A DNA stretch of 63,657 bases, counting the filler, from Phoronis australis (Eukaryota; Animalia; Phoronida), in assembly GCA_002633005.1 (NCBI GenBank). It is 6 parts of 6 records of this genome, joined end to end, with 100 filler letters (N's around TTAATTAATTAA, not from the genome) between each part and the next. Parts side by side here need not be neighbours in the genome. Positions count along the whole stretch, not along the records: positions 8,768 to 34,189 come from NMRA01000042.1; positions 34,290 to 41,055 come from NMRA01002117.1; 4 more parts are not named here. One strand, written 5' to 3'. The notes under the pieces are model-generated. The model did not search any database and had not been told where the DNA came from. It saw only the letters and a program-made list of their open reading frames with translations. Each line of letters begins with the position of its first letter. Positions within the stretch are counted from its first letter, which is position 1. Made by a program: the position numbers and the translations under genes. This document shows positions 27,397-37,564 of the stretch, one piece after another.

Positions 27397-30300
27397 NACT
27401 TAAAAAGATGAAACACAAAAGTTAAACAATACAAACCACAAAATAACAGAACACAGCGCTGGTATACACAGAGTACAAACAACCCTACACTCCTTCAAAT
27501 GGCACTTACCACTTATCTGGTCCCTTCTCTGGTTTGTTGATGCGGTCACGAATGAAGCTGTAATAGTGGCCGCCATCAGCCGTGCCCGTGTGCACAGTCA
27601 CACCTATCAGCTCAAATTCATAACACTCTTCCGCCGAATTGCTGGTCTCGCTGGCTGTCGACGTACTCTCTTCCTCTACATAAGGCAAGTTAAATTTTGT
27701 TTCCAATCAGAGGAGGATATCTCTTAACATTACAAGTGAGAAAGCACCCCACAAGGTCAGACACTTAACCTCTGAATACAAGCCTGTGTCCTACCCATAA
27801 CATAACCCAGCTCTTTGAAGACAGTATAGCACAATGACTTGGATTAAGAACTCTCGCTTGCAAGGTCAGGGTTAAATCTTAAAATTGCTTGTAGACTATG
27901 AACATCACACAACATTGTATCTTGCCTCGTCACGCTCCGTCTCAGATCAAGAACATGGAAAGGTGTGAATGTAGTGTGATTGTGTCAGTTGAAGACATAC
28001 CAAGCAGTGTGCAGTGCTGATGGTAACATTGACTAACCCAAAATATTTTGACAGGTCTTCAGCACAAAACAACTAGCTTTCAATGATCATACACAAGCCT
28101 ATGCAAGTTGTTACAAACCTTCTAACTTGTCTGGCTTCATTAAGTTCCTCTCCATGTAGTCGGACATGTCCAGGTGTAGAGGGAAGGAGAAGTGAGTGTT
28201 TACCTTCTCCTTCATCATAGTCAACATGTTGAACGTATAGCGCATGGTGTTGAAGCAGAGGATCTTGGGTAACTTTTTGAAACATGCTCTGGGGAAGTAG
28301 AGGAAGAAATGCATTGAACAAGGATTAGGCAAGGTACACTTAATTGACAATCATTGTAAATTCAACTTAGCTCTACTTATAAGTTTTTCAAAATATGCAC
28401 AGTGAACATGGGCTACCGGAAATTTCCGAAAATAGGGCCGTGGGCAGATATTTGGTGAAAGATTTTTCAAAATGTCAAATGAAGCGTAATATACACCCAG
28501 GCGTAATTTCAGAAAGTAGGGCATATTTTCCGAAACCATTGAAATAAACGAGTCTTTTTTAAATGAATGTATCTCAACAGTAAGAATTTAATTCGCCCAT
28601 ACTAATGCATTCAGCAAACACAAAGCGTGAAAACTGTCTTTCATACTGTGTTAATTCGGTTAGCTAACAATGGTCATCCAATATCTTGTTACATTACAGT
28701 CATTTGAGTGAATCGCGATGCCAAAAAATACTATGGTGTACCAAGATAAACAAAATTTGACATCAAAACATATAGCATGTGTATTTTAGAACAACCAATC
28801 CATCAAAACATGAAAACAGTTACCAAAAAAGGCCCATGGACATATTTCTTGAAAACCTTCCAAAAATATGGCCATGGGCATGCTTTTGGGTGGCCTATTT
28901 TTGGAAATTCCCGGTTCTAGCTAAAACTATAAAAATCACATGCTTCACATGTTTGACCTGAATTCTTGACTTTCGTCCAAGGTAAACACTGTCATTGTTA
29001 ATTGGGTTACAGTCCACACACATACAATTATGTGCATCTTATTACAGTCTGTTATAGTTTACTTCCAGACAAGTGAAGATTCTTAAGTATGCTAATGGAT
29101 GAGCACCATCTGAACATGGTGGCCATTTTGAACAAGTAACCTGGCAACAGGTGGTGCTAGCAAGTAAGTATAATATATCACTGATTCTAACAAGTCTAAA
29201 AACTTTTAAATTTAATGTTTCAGATGTTTCCAAAGTTACAATCACCCTGGATACTGACTTTACAAGCAAAAAACTCATCTTATGAAACATACCGTAACAG
29301 CTCTGCAGTATTTTGGAGAAAGTCTTCCATTGAGCATGACCAGTTTAGAAGAGTACAGCTTTTTAAAGACTAGCTTGCATTAATTTCTATTCAGAAATGT
29401 CCAAATAGTTGCAATTCTAATGTACTGCCTACCAACTGTAGTGTACTGCCTACCAACTGTAGTGTACTGCCTACCTCTTCTCAGCTCGCACTTTCTTCTG
29501 ACACGTGGAACATGTGTACATATTGTCCCCCTCTAATGTATCCTTCACTGTCACTTCGTCCAGAGACTCCTGTAACAGAGCTCAGATGTGAGCTAACCAA
29601 GAACGCAATGTACTTGAAATATTTCAAACTCACAAAACATTTCCAGTACACTCTTCCGTTTCTTACAAACTTACACAGGAAACAGTAATTCCAAAATAAC
29701 CTTTTAATGGGTAGGGAACATCCACCACTGAAATCCTTCTAAATATCTTAAAATCGATTTAAATATTAAAACCTAATTAAAGTTTTTAAGAATTAACTTG
29801 AGACTATCTCACATGACCCACTTGTAACTAATTACACCCACACAAGCATATTAACCAGAGAGCACCTTATTCATATGCCCAGACTTTAGCCAACTGAAAG
29901 ACATCATTGGTTCATTTGCATACCAGTTTTTAAGATTGAATGAAAAATCACAGAAGCTGCATGGTTTCCTCAGTCACAAAGGAAATGAGAAACTCAGCTG
30001 ACTCAACTGAGCCAAAAATGTTTTGTTCTGAAAATTTGCCATAATTTTAAAGCTACTGCATATTCAAACCAATCACCTAACAACATTAATTCATTTGCAT
30101 ATATACTGACATTACTAAATCATTGGCACATTTGCACTAGCCAATCACAATACAGCAATTCTTATTGTTGTTAAAAGCTCCAGAGTTCATACAAGTAATA
30201 AAGGCATAAGTACATACATAGAGGTTCTTCATATCAGCCACTTGACACCTGACTGTGTAGAACTCTTCCAGTGTCCTGCTGACATGTGGACAGTCCAGTG

Positions 30301-33300
30301 AGACCACGTTGTTGGTCAGTACTCCACCAAACAGGCCCTTCACCTGCTTCTTCTACAAACCATCCAGCAAGAAACAGTAGCAGAGCATCAAAATGGGAAA
30401 GAAATTGATTTTTCTGTTTTTCAAAAGCTTTTTTGTTAAAACTACAGCTGTTTGTTGACAGCTGTTGTAAGCAAACTACGAACAAACAACCCAAACAACC
30501 AAATTTTAAAATGTTGTTTGTTAAGAAATTTGAAAAAAACAGGTCCACTGTTTTTCCTCAATTAAAGAATACTACGGTTAACACCACCAATTTTATAAAC
30601 AAGATCAACAAATTTGCTTCAAAAGTGTGGACAGGAAATATTGTAATGGTTAGACTTAGGTGGACTATTATGAAAAGTGTCACTGAATTTCCAAGGCATA
30701 TAGCACAGAAACGACACTGAAAAGGTTCTTTTTCCGTAGGTCAGGAGACCTACCCAGGAATGGTTGAAGATTTACAAAGTTCGCAAACCACTGCCAAAAA
30801 AGCGGTGTCATAAACTTGATAGAAGACATCATGTCCGGTAAGTACTTATTTATTTGTTCACAAATTAGTGTTGTCAATAAATCAAAAAATAGAATCGTTA
30901 TTAAATGAATTGTCTAATAATCAAAAAATATAGAAGCAGACCCGTAAAGCAAGTTCATATAATTTGTGTTGTTGTTATTTCATCTGCGAGCATCTCCCAA
31001 ACAACACGTTGTTTGCACCAAGTACGCACCAAATCAGGAGACACATCCTCCAGCTTGCTGATCAAGTCTGTGAAGAACTCAGTCATGTCTTTCTGTTCAC
31101 CGGTATTAAGAGGTTGTTTGTCCATTGTGTACACCTTGCAGAAACTCTTTGGGTTGTACGCCTTCCTCTCGCTCTCCTGGAGATGTTGAAAAATCATTGA
31201 AATATGTCAACTGTAATCCATGGTTGGGTACACTTATCAGTCACTCTTAAAATTATTGAAATATGTCAACTGTAATCCATGGTTGGGTACACTTATCAGT
31301 CACTCTTAAAATCATTGAAATATGTCAACTGTAATCCATGGTTGGGTACACTTATCAGTCACTCTTAAAATTTCAAACCAAAGGTCACTTGACAACAATG
31401 CATCGAGTTCCAGCCCAAAGTAAGTAAGGCAATACTCAGCACAAAGTAAGTAAGGCACTACTCAGCACAAAGTAAGTAAGGCACTACTCAGCACAAAGTA
31501 AGTAAGGCACAACTGAGCACAAAGTAAGTAAGGCACAACTGAGCACAAAAGACTGCAACAAAAACTGTTTCCTTGTTAATTTCATTACTGCTACAATGAA
31601 CTCAACACTGTTATAATGCTTCAACTTGGTATTATTGTGTTGCCAGTATATACACAAACATCTTCTGTATGTCAATTTGGCTTAATGCTTCAACTGGGTA
31701 TTATTGTTCTACTGAAAAAATAAACAAAACATCTTTTGTAACTCAATAGGGTTTTAATGCTTCGACTCAATATTATTGTCTTACCAATAAATAAGCAAAC
31801 ATCTTCTGTAATTCCACCAGCATGCCTTCATAGATGTCGATCTTCGAGCCCTAATAAAAAAGGAGCATTAATCCATTGCACACAATTTGCTGGAGATCAA
31901 ACTTTCACATAGAGATAAAAGAAATGATTTTATACACTCGAGTTTGAGACCTCCATACTGAACACAACTCAGTGCAACTCGATAAAAAAGAATTTAAAAT
32001 ACCAATAATGATGATGACTTAGCACATACACCATTCTTCAAATCTAAAATAATTCGCAATCTCTTAGTCACAATGCAAATACCCAGGCTATGCATCTACT
32101 CATACTTTATCTACCTCAACTCACTGAAGAGTGTACAGAGCATACAGCCGGAATGAACCATCATCAAAACCTACCACCCGCCTAAATCACTGCGCTGGCT
32201 TACTTACTCACTCATAACGTGCAAGCCCCTTAAACCCCAACACTACAGGTGAGCGCAAAGAATAACTTCACCACTATAAACCCAAGCAGAATTGTAGGCA
32301 AACGTTCAGAATTTTACCAAATGTTGCTTGGTGAGTGATATTGCACAAACAGCATGATTTTCAAAAGGGAAACTTTACAAACTGAAATTTCAGTTTTTTA
32401 GCCAAATTGCATCCTAAGCCACAGAACATGTTCTGCACTTACCTTTGCTTGCAGCACAGACTGTCTAGCCTGAGGGATCATGTAGAGATGTTGCATACAA
32501 GTAGCTAGGTAGCAGGTAGCACCAAGGTTTGTCAGACCAACGTAGCCACAGTTAGAGCGACCGTCTTCATGAGGCCAGTGTTCCCAGGGGTAAGGGCTGT
32601 GTGAATCTGTTGGGACAGGCGTGAAAGAAACATAATGAAATAAACACATAAAAATAATGCAAAAACAAAAACACTATGAAGGACCGTAATAAATAAATTA
32701 TATCTTTTAAATTACAATATGAAATGTTCGGCAACACAGTATTACTTTTAAATTAGAGATTAAAGCCTAACTTCAATGGAATTTTGTTATTTTAGATGTA
32801 TTAGGCTAACCAGATAGTCCTAGCAAAACCTTAGTAAAATAAGAAAACACGAGTTCAATCATGCAATTTTAAGCCCTTCCATTGATAGGTGAAGCTGCCT
32901 TTTCATGCCATGTTGCGTCACTGCAAGATCCTAGTACAAAAAAACAAAAGGTTGTATTGAATAGGGGTCTGAATAGAACACTATTGCGTACAGGTGTTAT
33001 TCGCAGCTGTTTGAATTGTAAGGTGACGTAGACAAAAGCAAGCCTAACTGTTCATTCATTACAATTGGCAAGTCACACTAGTGGGCTCAGAGCGATGCTC
33101 TTAACATATTGTAGGAACCAAATTTACAGGTGTTACCGTTCAAGACAGGCTTCAAAAGAATTCTCAAAAAAGTAAATTGGTTACTTCTTCAGGTTCATGT
33201 AAAACAAATTTTCTAAAAAGTAAATAACAAAACATGTGACAAATATAAGCCATACGTAATTAACAATACATGTGGCAAATGTCAGGTTGGGATGTATCTA

Positions 33301-33485
33301 CCTTTAGTGTGTTGTTCCAATAACTTGGCATGGAAAACAGTGTAATTCTCTAAGTTGCCTTTGGTTAGTTCCACAATGAGATCATAGGTGGCAGACCTAG
33401 CAGCCTGTGACTTGCACTTGGGAAGATGGCGCTGGTTTGGTGATGGCAGTGCAAACAGGTACCAGAACAGTTCCAATAGGAAGTC
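9777..33485 (-). CDS. USP34: Ubiquitin carboxyl-terminal hydrolase 34, partial gene (35 exons, 4473 nt, ~1491 aa; catalytic domain plus C-terminal region)
   Basis: 35 exons with AG/GT boundaries splice into one open frame with matching phases. Cys box GLTNLGATCY, His box VHTGTADGGHYY, FNDAEV, and USP34-type stretches (EQKDMTEFFTDLI, LWQLFQPKLSEP, MYHEATACHVT) recognised from recalled vertebrate USP34. 5' half and last exon(s) not found. Confidence 0.96.
10298..10435 (-). CDS. USP34: USP34 exon
   Basis: HIDKSCIDALCNSSYFIDYVDAVLLDERQSLNNPIIYQFFCNFFPK. Confidence 0.9.
11121..11324 (-). CDS. USP34: USP34 exon
   Basis: GIDDDYDSALHAYFSPYHVFVDFLCRMAVN...LVAYEAVPLHSLYFPKLW. Confidence 0.92.
12005..12126 (-). 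CDS. USP34: USP34 exon
   Basis: SCGPFFPRRGQKLPSSKSNVRPARPQFHMML. Confidence 0.9.
13011..13115 (-). CDS. USP34: USP34 exon
   Basis: DTLKEMVMNYQSESVQAIVPFLYHNHSTFQESNTP. Confidence 0.88.
13190..13400. repeat. 35-bp minisatellite with degenerate edges
   Basis: CATTTCTCACACATTGCATTCATTGTATTGCTTTG. Confidence 0.9.
13950..14066 (-). CDS. USP34: USP34 exon
   Basis: KACLMSWKERMELTRKLLTLLNSYNPSEVRQASL. Confidence 0.9.
14422..14557 (-). CDS. USP34: USP34 exon
   Basis: AFSTVYAMYHEATACHVTSELIDLLSLL. Confidence 0.92.
14798..14876 (-). CDS. USP34: USP34 exon
   Basis: ALKILVDSTDDRLLLVFNQGLQMFSE. Confidence 0.9.
15411..15568 (-). CDS. USP34: USP34 exon
   Basis: AVEELFRIMRLMV...ITQFKKSTILLYLQSIEARAGWQTLV. 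Confidence 0.9.
16004..16181 (-). CDS. USP34: USP34 exon
   Basis: ADHEDQDVVLHNRCMLPAYYGILRLCC...HQNIQWAFKNITP. Confidence 0.94.
16436..16626 (-). CDS. USP34: USP34 exon
   Basis: FSPYFLDLWQLFQPKLSEPPIAVNHNKQALL...TKNIAFNYI. Confidence 0.94.
16785..17040. repeat. Old degenerate ~35-bp tandem repeat
   Basis: Recurrent AATTAGTGACC...GACTAAAATCA motif. Confidence 0.65.
17167..17252 (-). CDS. USP34: USP34 exon
   Basis: DAAVHDTTSLVAYFALLTVCLVSKTEKLM. Confidence 0.9.
17259..17340. repeat. (ATACA)n-like pentanucleotide repeat beside a USP34 acceptor
   Basis: atacaacacaatacaataccatatgatacaac... Confidence 0.8.
17860..17941 (-). CDS. USP34: USP34 exon
   Basis: MSSEAIHILHKVYEHLLRLLKTARMYA. Confidence 0.88.
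18318..18415 (-). CDS. USP34: USP34 exon
   Basis: AASYLLVSLVPSQSFRQASRNGRSIISPHKELQ. Confidence 0.9.
19057..19633. mobile_element. piggyBac-like MITE in USP34 intron
   Basis: TIRs CCCTTGTCCTGC / GCAGGATAAGGG (11/12 match); flanks ATAA and TTAA. Confidence 0.6.
19747..19894 (-). CDS. USP34: USP34 exon
   Basis: LTDFCPQQCLDWLSTQVTRNKVAHSFVMQSLEMWVEQYLIAHSNLRVRN. Confidence 0.92.
19971..20215. repeat. 35-bp minisatellite, ~7 copies
   Basis: CACTAGACACTGTACAGTAAGGCAGGTATATTACA. Confidence 0.95.
20549..20698 (-). CDS. USP34: USP34 exon
   Basis: IIQMIFSAITKL...PFFRLLTLLTEFVGGPPGHPPF. Confidence 0.92.
21286..21765. repeat. 55-bp tandem array overlapping a USP34 exon/donor junction
   Basis: Unit GAAAGTTATATAGTTAAAGCTACTACTTATGGTCATACTGAGTCTATCATTCAGA, 8 copies plus the real junction. 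Confidence 0.92.
21741..21845 (-). CDS. USP34: USP34 exon
   Basis: GFNFLFHQIKDSINLHKTCSLIFSLCRWNDRLAMT. Confidence 0.92.
22364..22546 (-). CDS. USP34: USP34 exon
   Basis: VELSDDDEDEDVIPLAEDKFKPIAFEKMISLISLLVESSR. Confidence 0.92.
22791..22961 (-). CDS. USP34: USP34 exon
   Basis: IEHGVNNQSHSKYLAEYFDLLFEFAKQG...AISTMVNFYM. Confidence 0.9.
23615..23776 (-). CDS. USP34: USP34 exon
   Basis: MFQRLVIHVFTQLRPAH...SCVTRFIKKMLTI. Confidence 0.92.
24283..24363 (-). CDS. USP34: USP34 exon
   Basis: WFLDHMSKDDCWPQQILIRCPNQVVRK. Confidence 0.92.
24493..24558 (-). CDS. USP34: USP34 exon
   Basis: PTMLQWIELLTKQFNSCQAACE. Confidence 0.92.
25103..25232 (-). CDS. USP34: USP34 exon
   Basis: FMWQMCGFIPTTLP...LSTSFVLETFIHAKEK. 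Confidence 0.92.
25549..25613 (-). CDS. USP34: USP34 exon
   Basis: WIWQDNMHFLQDKNVFEHTYF. Confidence 0.92.
26178..26297 (-). CDS. USP34: USP34 exon
   Basis: TNSAYMLFYERISRD...YNFELSKELAD. Confidence 0.92.
26629..26682 (-). CDS. USP34: USP34 exon
   Basis: SKTYDSMTDKYMDFSFEK. Confidence 0.92.
26736..26783. repeat. (ATA)n/(ACA)n microsatellite
   Basis: Direct reading. Confidence 0.9.
26995..27073 (-). CDS. USP34: USP34 exon
   Basis: FLFNDAEVKPFDATQIASECFGGEMM. Confidence 0.93.
27338..27396. repeat. (GT)n microsatellite
   Basis: Direct reading. Confidence 0.95.
27510..27675 (-). CDS. USP34: USP34 exon with His box
   Basis: YEFELIGVTVHTGTADGGHYYSFIRD; phase 1-2. Confidence 0.93.
28119..28288 (-). 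CDS. USP34: USP34 exon
   Basis: ACFKKLPKILCFNTMRYTFNMLTMMKEKVNTHFSFPLHLDM; phase 2-1. Confidence 0.94.
28407..28922. mobile_element. MITE with imperfect inverted termini in USP34 intron
   Basis: ACCGGAAATTTCCGAAAATAGG versus CCTATTTTTGGAAATTCCCGGT, plus subterminal inverted similarity; no TSD resolved. Confidence 0.6.
29475..29569 (-). CDS. USP34: USP34 exon
   Basis: ESLDEVTVKDTLEGDNMYTCSTCQKKVRAEK; phase 0-2. Confidence 0.93.
30218..30352 (-). CDS. USP34: USP34 exon
   Basis: KKQVKGLFGGVLTNNVVSLDCPHVSRTLEEFYTVRCQVADMKNLY. Confidence 0.93.
31030..31176 (-). CDS. USP34: USP34 exon
   Basis: ESERKAYNPKSFCKVYTMDKQPLNTGEQKDMTEFFTDLISKLE. Confidence 0.95.
31190..31370. repeat. 59-bp tandem repeat x3 beside a USP34 acceptor
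   Basis: AAAATCATTGAAATATGTCAACTGTAATCCATGGTTGGGTACACTTATCAGTCACTCTT. Confidence 0.93.
31411..31550. repeat. 26-bp minisatellite, ~5 copies
   Basis: CTCAGCACAAAGTAAGTAAGGCACTA. Confidence 0.9.
31785..31850 (-). CDS. USP34: USP34 exon
   Basis: GSKIDIYEGMLVELQKMFAYLL; TAG/GTAAG; too short for the ORF track. Confidence 0.88.
32443..32606 (-). CDS. USP34: USP34 exon with catalytic Cys box
   Basis: DSHSPYPWEHWPHEDGRSNCGYVGLTNLGATCYLATCMQHLYMIP; phase 1-0. Confidence 0.95.
33302..33485 (-). CDS. USP34: USP34 exon (first visible)
   Basis: DFLLELFWYLFALPS...LPKCKSQAARSATYDL; CAG/GT, phase 0-1. Confidence 0.9.
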
Positions 33486-34189
33486 CTGAATGAGGTACAA
33501 ATGAATAATAATATAAACACTATCCTAAGACAACTGGAAAATTAAGAAAAAATTAACTCTCAAGGGTGGTCAGTCAAAAAATGAAAGCCATACTGCGTGT
33601 GAATGTAATTAGTACTAATTCACACAATGAGACTGTCCCTATCATTAACAAATAATAAAAGTAAAAATAATACCATATTTGAATTGTAACAACACCAACA
33701 TACGCAGTTTCCTGGGTACAAGCCCTGGTTTGAACAGAACTTTCAGATTCAATTAAGCCACTGCTAGGACTAACGTGTTACACAAATCAAGTATTAACAG
33801 CCAGTACAAAGTCGAAGTACGTTCCATGTTGTTAATATAGTAATTATGGAAGTTTGGTATGTAAAACATTCATCAGGGCTTGGAATGGCAAATGGTGAAA
33901 AAAGCGGAAATTTTTACGGCCCGAAACATGCGCGCAGGCAGCCTTGAAAAAGTCGGTGTGGATCTTTTGCTGACAAAAATTGATCGAGAGGACTAAAAAA
34001 AAAAAGAAACGGTACCACCTCCGGCAGTGTGCGTCTGTCTTAGCTCATTCGCCACTCCCGCCTCCAAACATTTTTGGCTGCAGAGTCGTAGTATTTGTCG
34101 CCGCGGTTTACAATCACACGAGCCGCCATTGAGGAAATCCACCACGCTATCCCAGATGCCCCGGCAATGTTGACAATTTACGTTCCTCC

Positions 34190-34289
34190 NNNNNNNNNNN
34201 NNNNNNNNNNNNNNNNNNNNNNNNNNNNNNNNNTTAATTAATTAANNNNNNNNNNNNNNNNNNNNNNNNNNNNNNNNNNNNNNNNNNNN
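34190..34289. other. Scaffold gap with linker
   Basis: Same 100-bp structure. Confidence 0.97.
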
Positions 34290-35397
34290 TAGCTAAACCC
34301 ATGTTTATTTTGTATAATTAGCTCGAAATTTTGATTTTTCTTTCAATTTTGCCAATTTTCACATTTCCCGCCATGTGACGTCATGGGTTGAACACAAGAG
34401 ATCAGTGACTAGCATTGAACAATGGCGGAGAGCAGTGAATTTGAAAGCGACGACGATTATGAGTAAGAATTGAATGAATACTATGAAGAAACGTACGGGA
34501 ATGGTGGCCAGGATGAGGAAATGGGGTTGCACGAAAGCGAGAACAAGTTTGATGTGCTTCCGGCTGCGCACTTTTCTACGAGCCTTACGAACTGGATCCT
34601 CCCGCGAGAGAAGCGGCCTCGGGCTCGGCGAGTCAACCCAGACATCCAACAGACGATCCTGAATTAAGAGCCGATGTTTCTGAATGATAAATATTACCCT
34701 TTATTGAACCAGGCCTTCATCGTAACATCTCCTGTGACTGGAGTCGAAACACGAGTCCTCAAAGTGGGCAAAACACAGAGTGGCCCCGGACCGAATCGCT
34801 TAGTCCACGATGAGTCCACTCTCGTTCGGCGCACGAAGCGATGCCACTTCTGCGCAACTTAGGTGTCCTTCGGAACACCGAGACGTTCTCCTCCTGTCTG
34901 CTGTTGCTGCAGCCTCCGGCAACACATCTTTTGATCCCTCTGCGAACCTTCTCGACGCTAAATGTACTTTGCTTTTACTTCACTCTATACACTTTGTCTC
35001 TGATCCGAACAGTATGGCGAACGACTTGGGTTCAACCCATGACGTTGTACATAATTATTATTTTTTCAATTTTTGCGTGTTTCTTTATGAGCTGTGCACT
35101 AAAGGCACTGAAATCAAGTAAGATATAATAATAAAATTTATTTTGAGGTACTAGAGTCATGTTGTGTACACTTTAATATGAATAATGAAGAAGTGTATTT
35201 AGTTCCTGTAGAACTGAAATAACAACAACGGAGAAGGCCGACAAGTTTAAAAGGATACCAAACCCGTTTTGGCCTATGAACAGGTATTGAAAACGACTTT
35301 ACCATCTAACACCCTGAAATAAAATAATGCTCGAGAATTCTCGGCAATCCTCAAACTTTTGGAGAAAAAAATTGAAAACTCATTTCGAAGTCTTTAA
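34290..35397 (+). mobile_element. Probable degenerate DNA-transposon remnant
   Basis: CpG-rich; broken ORF MAESSEFESDDDYE*ELNEYY... and RRTKRCHFC; internal 24-bp inverted repeat; ends GTCTTTAA. Confidence 0.35.
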
Positions 35398-35435
35398 CGG
35401 GCAAGCGTGACCAACGCTTTTAGCGAATTACACGG

Positions 35436-35541
35436 CAACTGTGGGGGAAGGCCACCAACTGTGGGGGAAGATAACCAACTGTGGGGGAAGACCACCAAGT
35501 GTGGGGTAAGGCCACCAACTGTGGGGGAAGATCACCAACCG
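35436..35541. repeat. 20-bp G-run minisatellite x5
   Basis: CAACTGTGGGGGAAGGCCAC variants. Confidence 0.9.
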
Positions 35542-37564
35542 TGACAGAGGAATATAAGTTTTTTTTCAGCTGATTCCTGCTTCTAACTATCTCGATTGAC
35601 GTCACACTGATGCATTAGCAAGTGACAGAACGAAGATTAGACAAGGTTTAGAGTCCTTTTAAGTACAGGCACGCGGAGTATTACACACAGATAACTCCAT
35701 TCAACAGGGTAACTTCATATTTAAAGAAATTTGGAAACCCTGTGCCTCAACGTCTCCCATATCCTCTGTCACAGCGTCATCTATATGAGAAGGTGGCCTT
35801 GTGAAATGCGACACACGGAATTCTGGGAGTGGCATCAGAGTGCATGTTTTGGTTTAGGCGTTTGTTGTATGAAACAGTTCCATATAGGAAATCGACAAAG
35901 TTTCCTAATCTTCTGCGCACTGGTGTCGTTATTTGCTCACAAATGTTATGTTATCCTCTCACTTTATCTTTATCATGAGATCCTCTTTTACTGATATTAT
36001 TTTCTATGAAAACTGAGCCTTTATTTCAATAAGAATAAATGGGATTTCAATCTTTAACTTGGGGAAATTGCATGAAAGATCTCTCTTTATTTTCAACTAT
36101 AGTGATTCGTTCAGTTGCTTTGTTTGACACCTTGCATTGCACATGTAAACACACGATCACGCAGTACACTCTCATTTCTTGCAACTACTATATGCAACAT
36201 GATCATTCGAGTAGGCCAACTTTTGTTCCAAGGGGTAAACTACTCTCTCCGAGGTTTTTGTAAATAAACATTTATGTATAAACAGGTCACGTGTCTAATT
36301 TCTTAGGTTAAAACATTCAAGGAATTTTATTTTTAAAAGTACTATAATAATATTAAAATATGTTAATGTAAAGAAGTCATCGTAAACGTTGGACGGATGC
36401 CAATAACACTGTTATAACAGCTATGGAAAGTTTTGAGACATCCACTTGAGTTAACAAAATACAGAAAAATTGAGTCCAGTTCAGGAATTTGCTTATTTGA
36501 GTTAGCGACGTTGCCTCTGTCTCTCACGGACTTCAGCTAAGCAATTGTTCTTGTTTTTTCTGGCCAATAGGTAACGACGTGGCATCGAGGTCAGGACACT
36601 ATTCCATAACTTTGACAGATGGAATCTTGATCCACTTTCTTTATTCAGAGAGGGACTTGATGCGTTCGTGGAGAGCTTCTTTAAACTTTTTAAACAGCTG
36701 TAATTAAAGTTACAACTGTTTCAAAAGTTAAAACATTTGTGTGATTTCTAACTTTACTCGAAATTTCGAGGTCGTTTGAATAATAAATGTCACAATTATA
36801 CACTTTCATGATATACAAATAGGAACATTTCCTGATGACAGTGTACAATGCAAATTTCTTCCAGTCTCTAAACAAACCATGATTACAGAATCAAATAATC
36901 TTTGAGCCCGCTATCGGATAAGTGAGCAAACTCACTTCCAGTCCACATAGACATTCATAAAATATTCTTAGATCAATATGTTACATGCCAAGCGTTACCC
37001 ACCACTGTGCCACCTAATCTGGTAAGTAATTTTTATTTGATAAAATTCATCATTGGTGAACCAGTCACAGTTTCATACAGACCAATCTGACCGTACTTTT
37101 AATAATCAGCTCCTACTCAAGTAACTGTTTCATACGTCTATGTAACTGTGCTGCCCAGGTCACTAACGAATGTGCTACAAAAACTGAGTTTTAGCGAGTT
37201 GCGAACGGGGAATAGCGTTTCACTCGGCGTCTCTGTCTCTGACAACATTCCGAGACTTTCGCCTTGTCACCTCAGTGTCCACGGAGCTTTGGTTCTGATT
37301 AGAACAAGTTATAAGGTGAAGCCTAAATTGGTATTTATGCGCTCATTCTTCAGCATACATTTTCAAATTTCTCAGGTTTCTCTTTGTAACTGCATTTCAA
37401 GGCTATGACTGACTGTACTTATAAAATGATTGTCGTATGAAACGCCGGTTTCATGTATCACTTTTGATCGGTTTCCGTATCTTTACTTATCGTATATAAG
37501 ACATGTTACTTGCCAGTTCCAGGGTGTTGTCTACGTCGATCTAAATGAATCTCAGGGCATTTCA

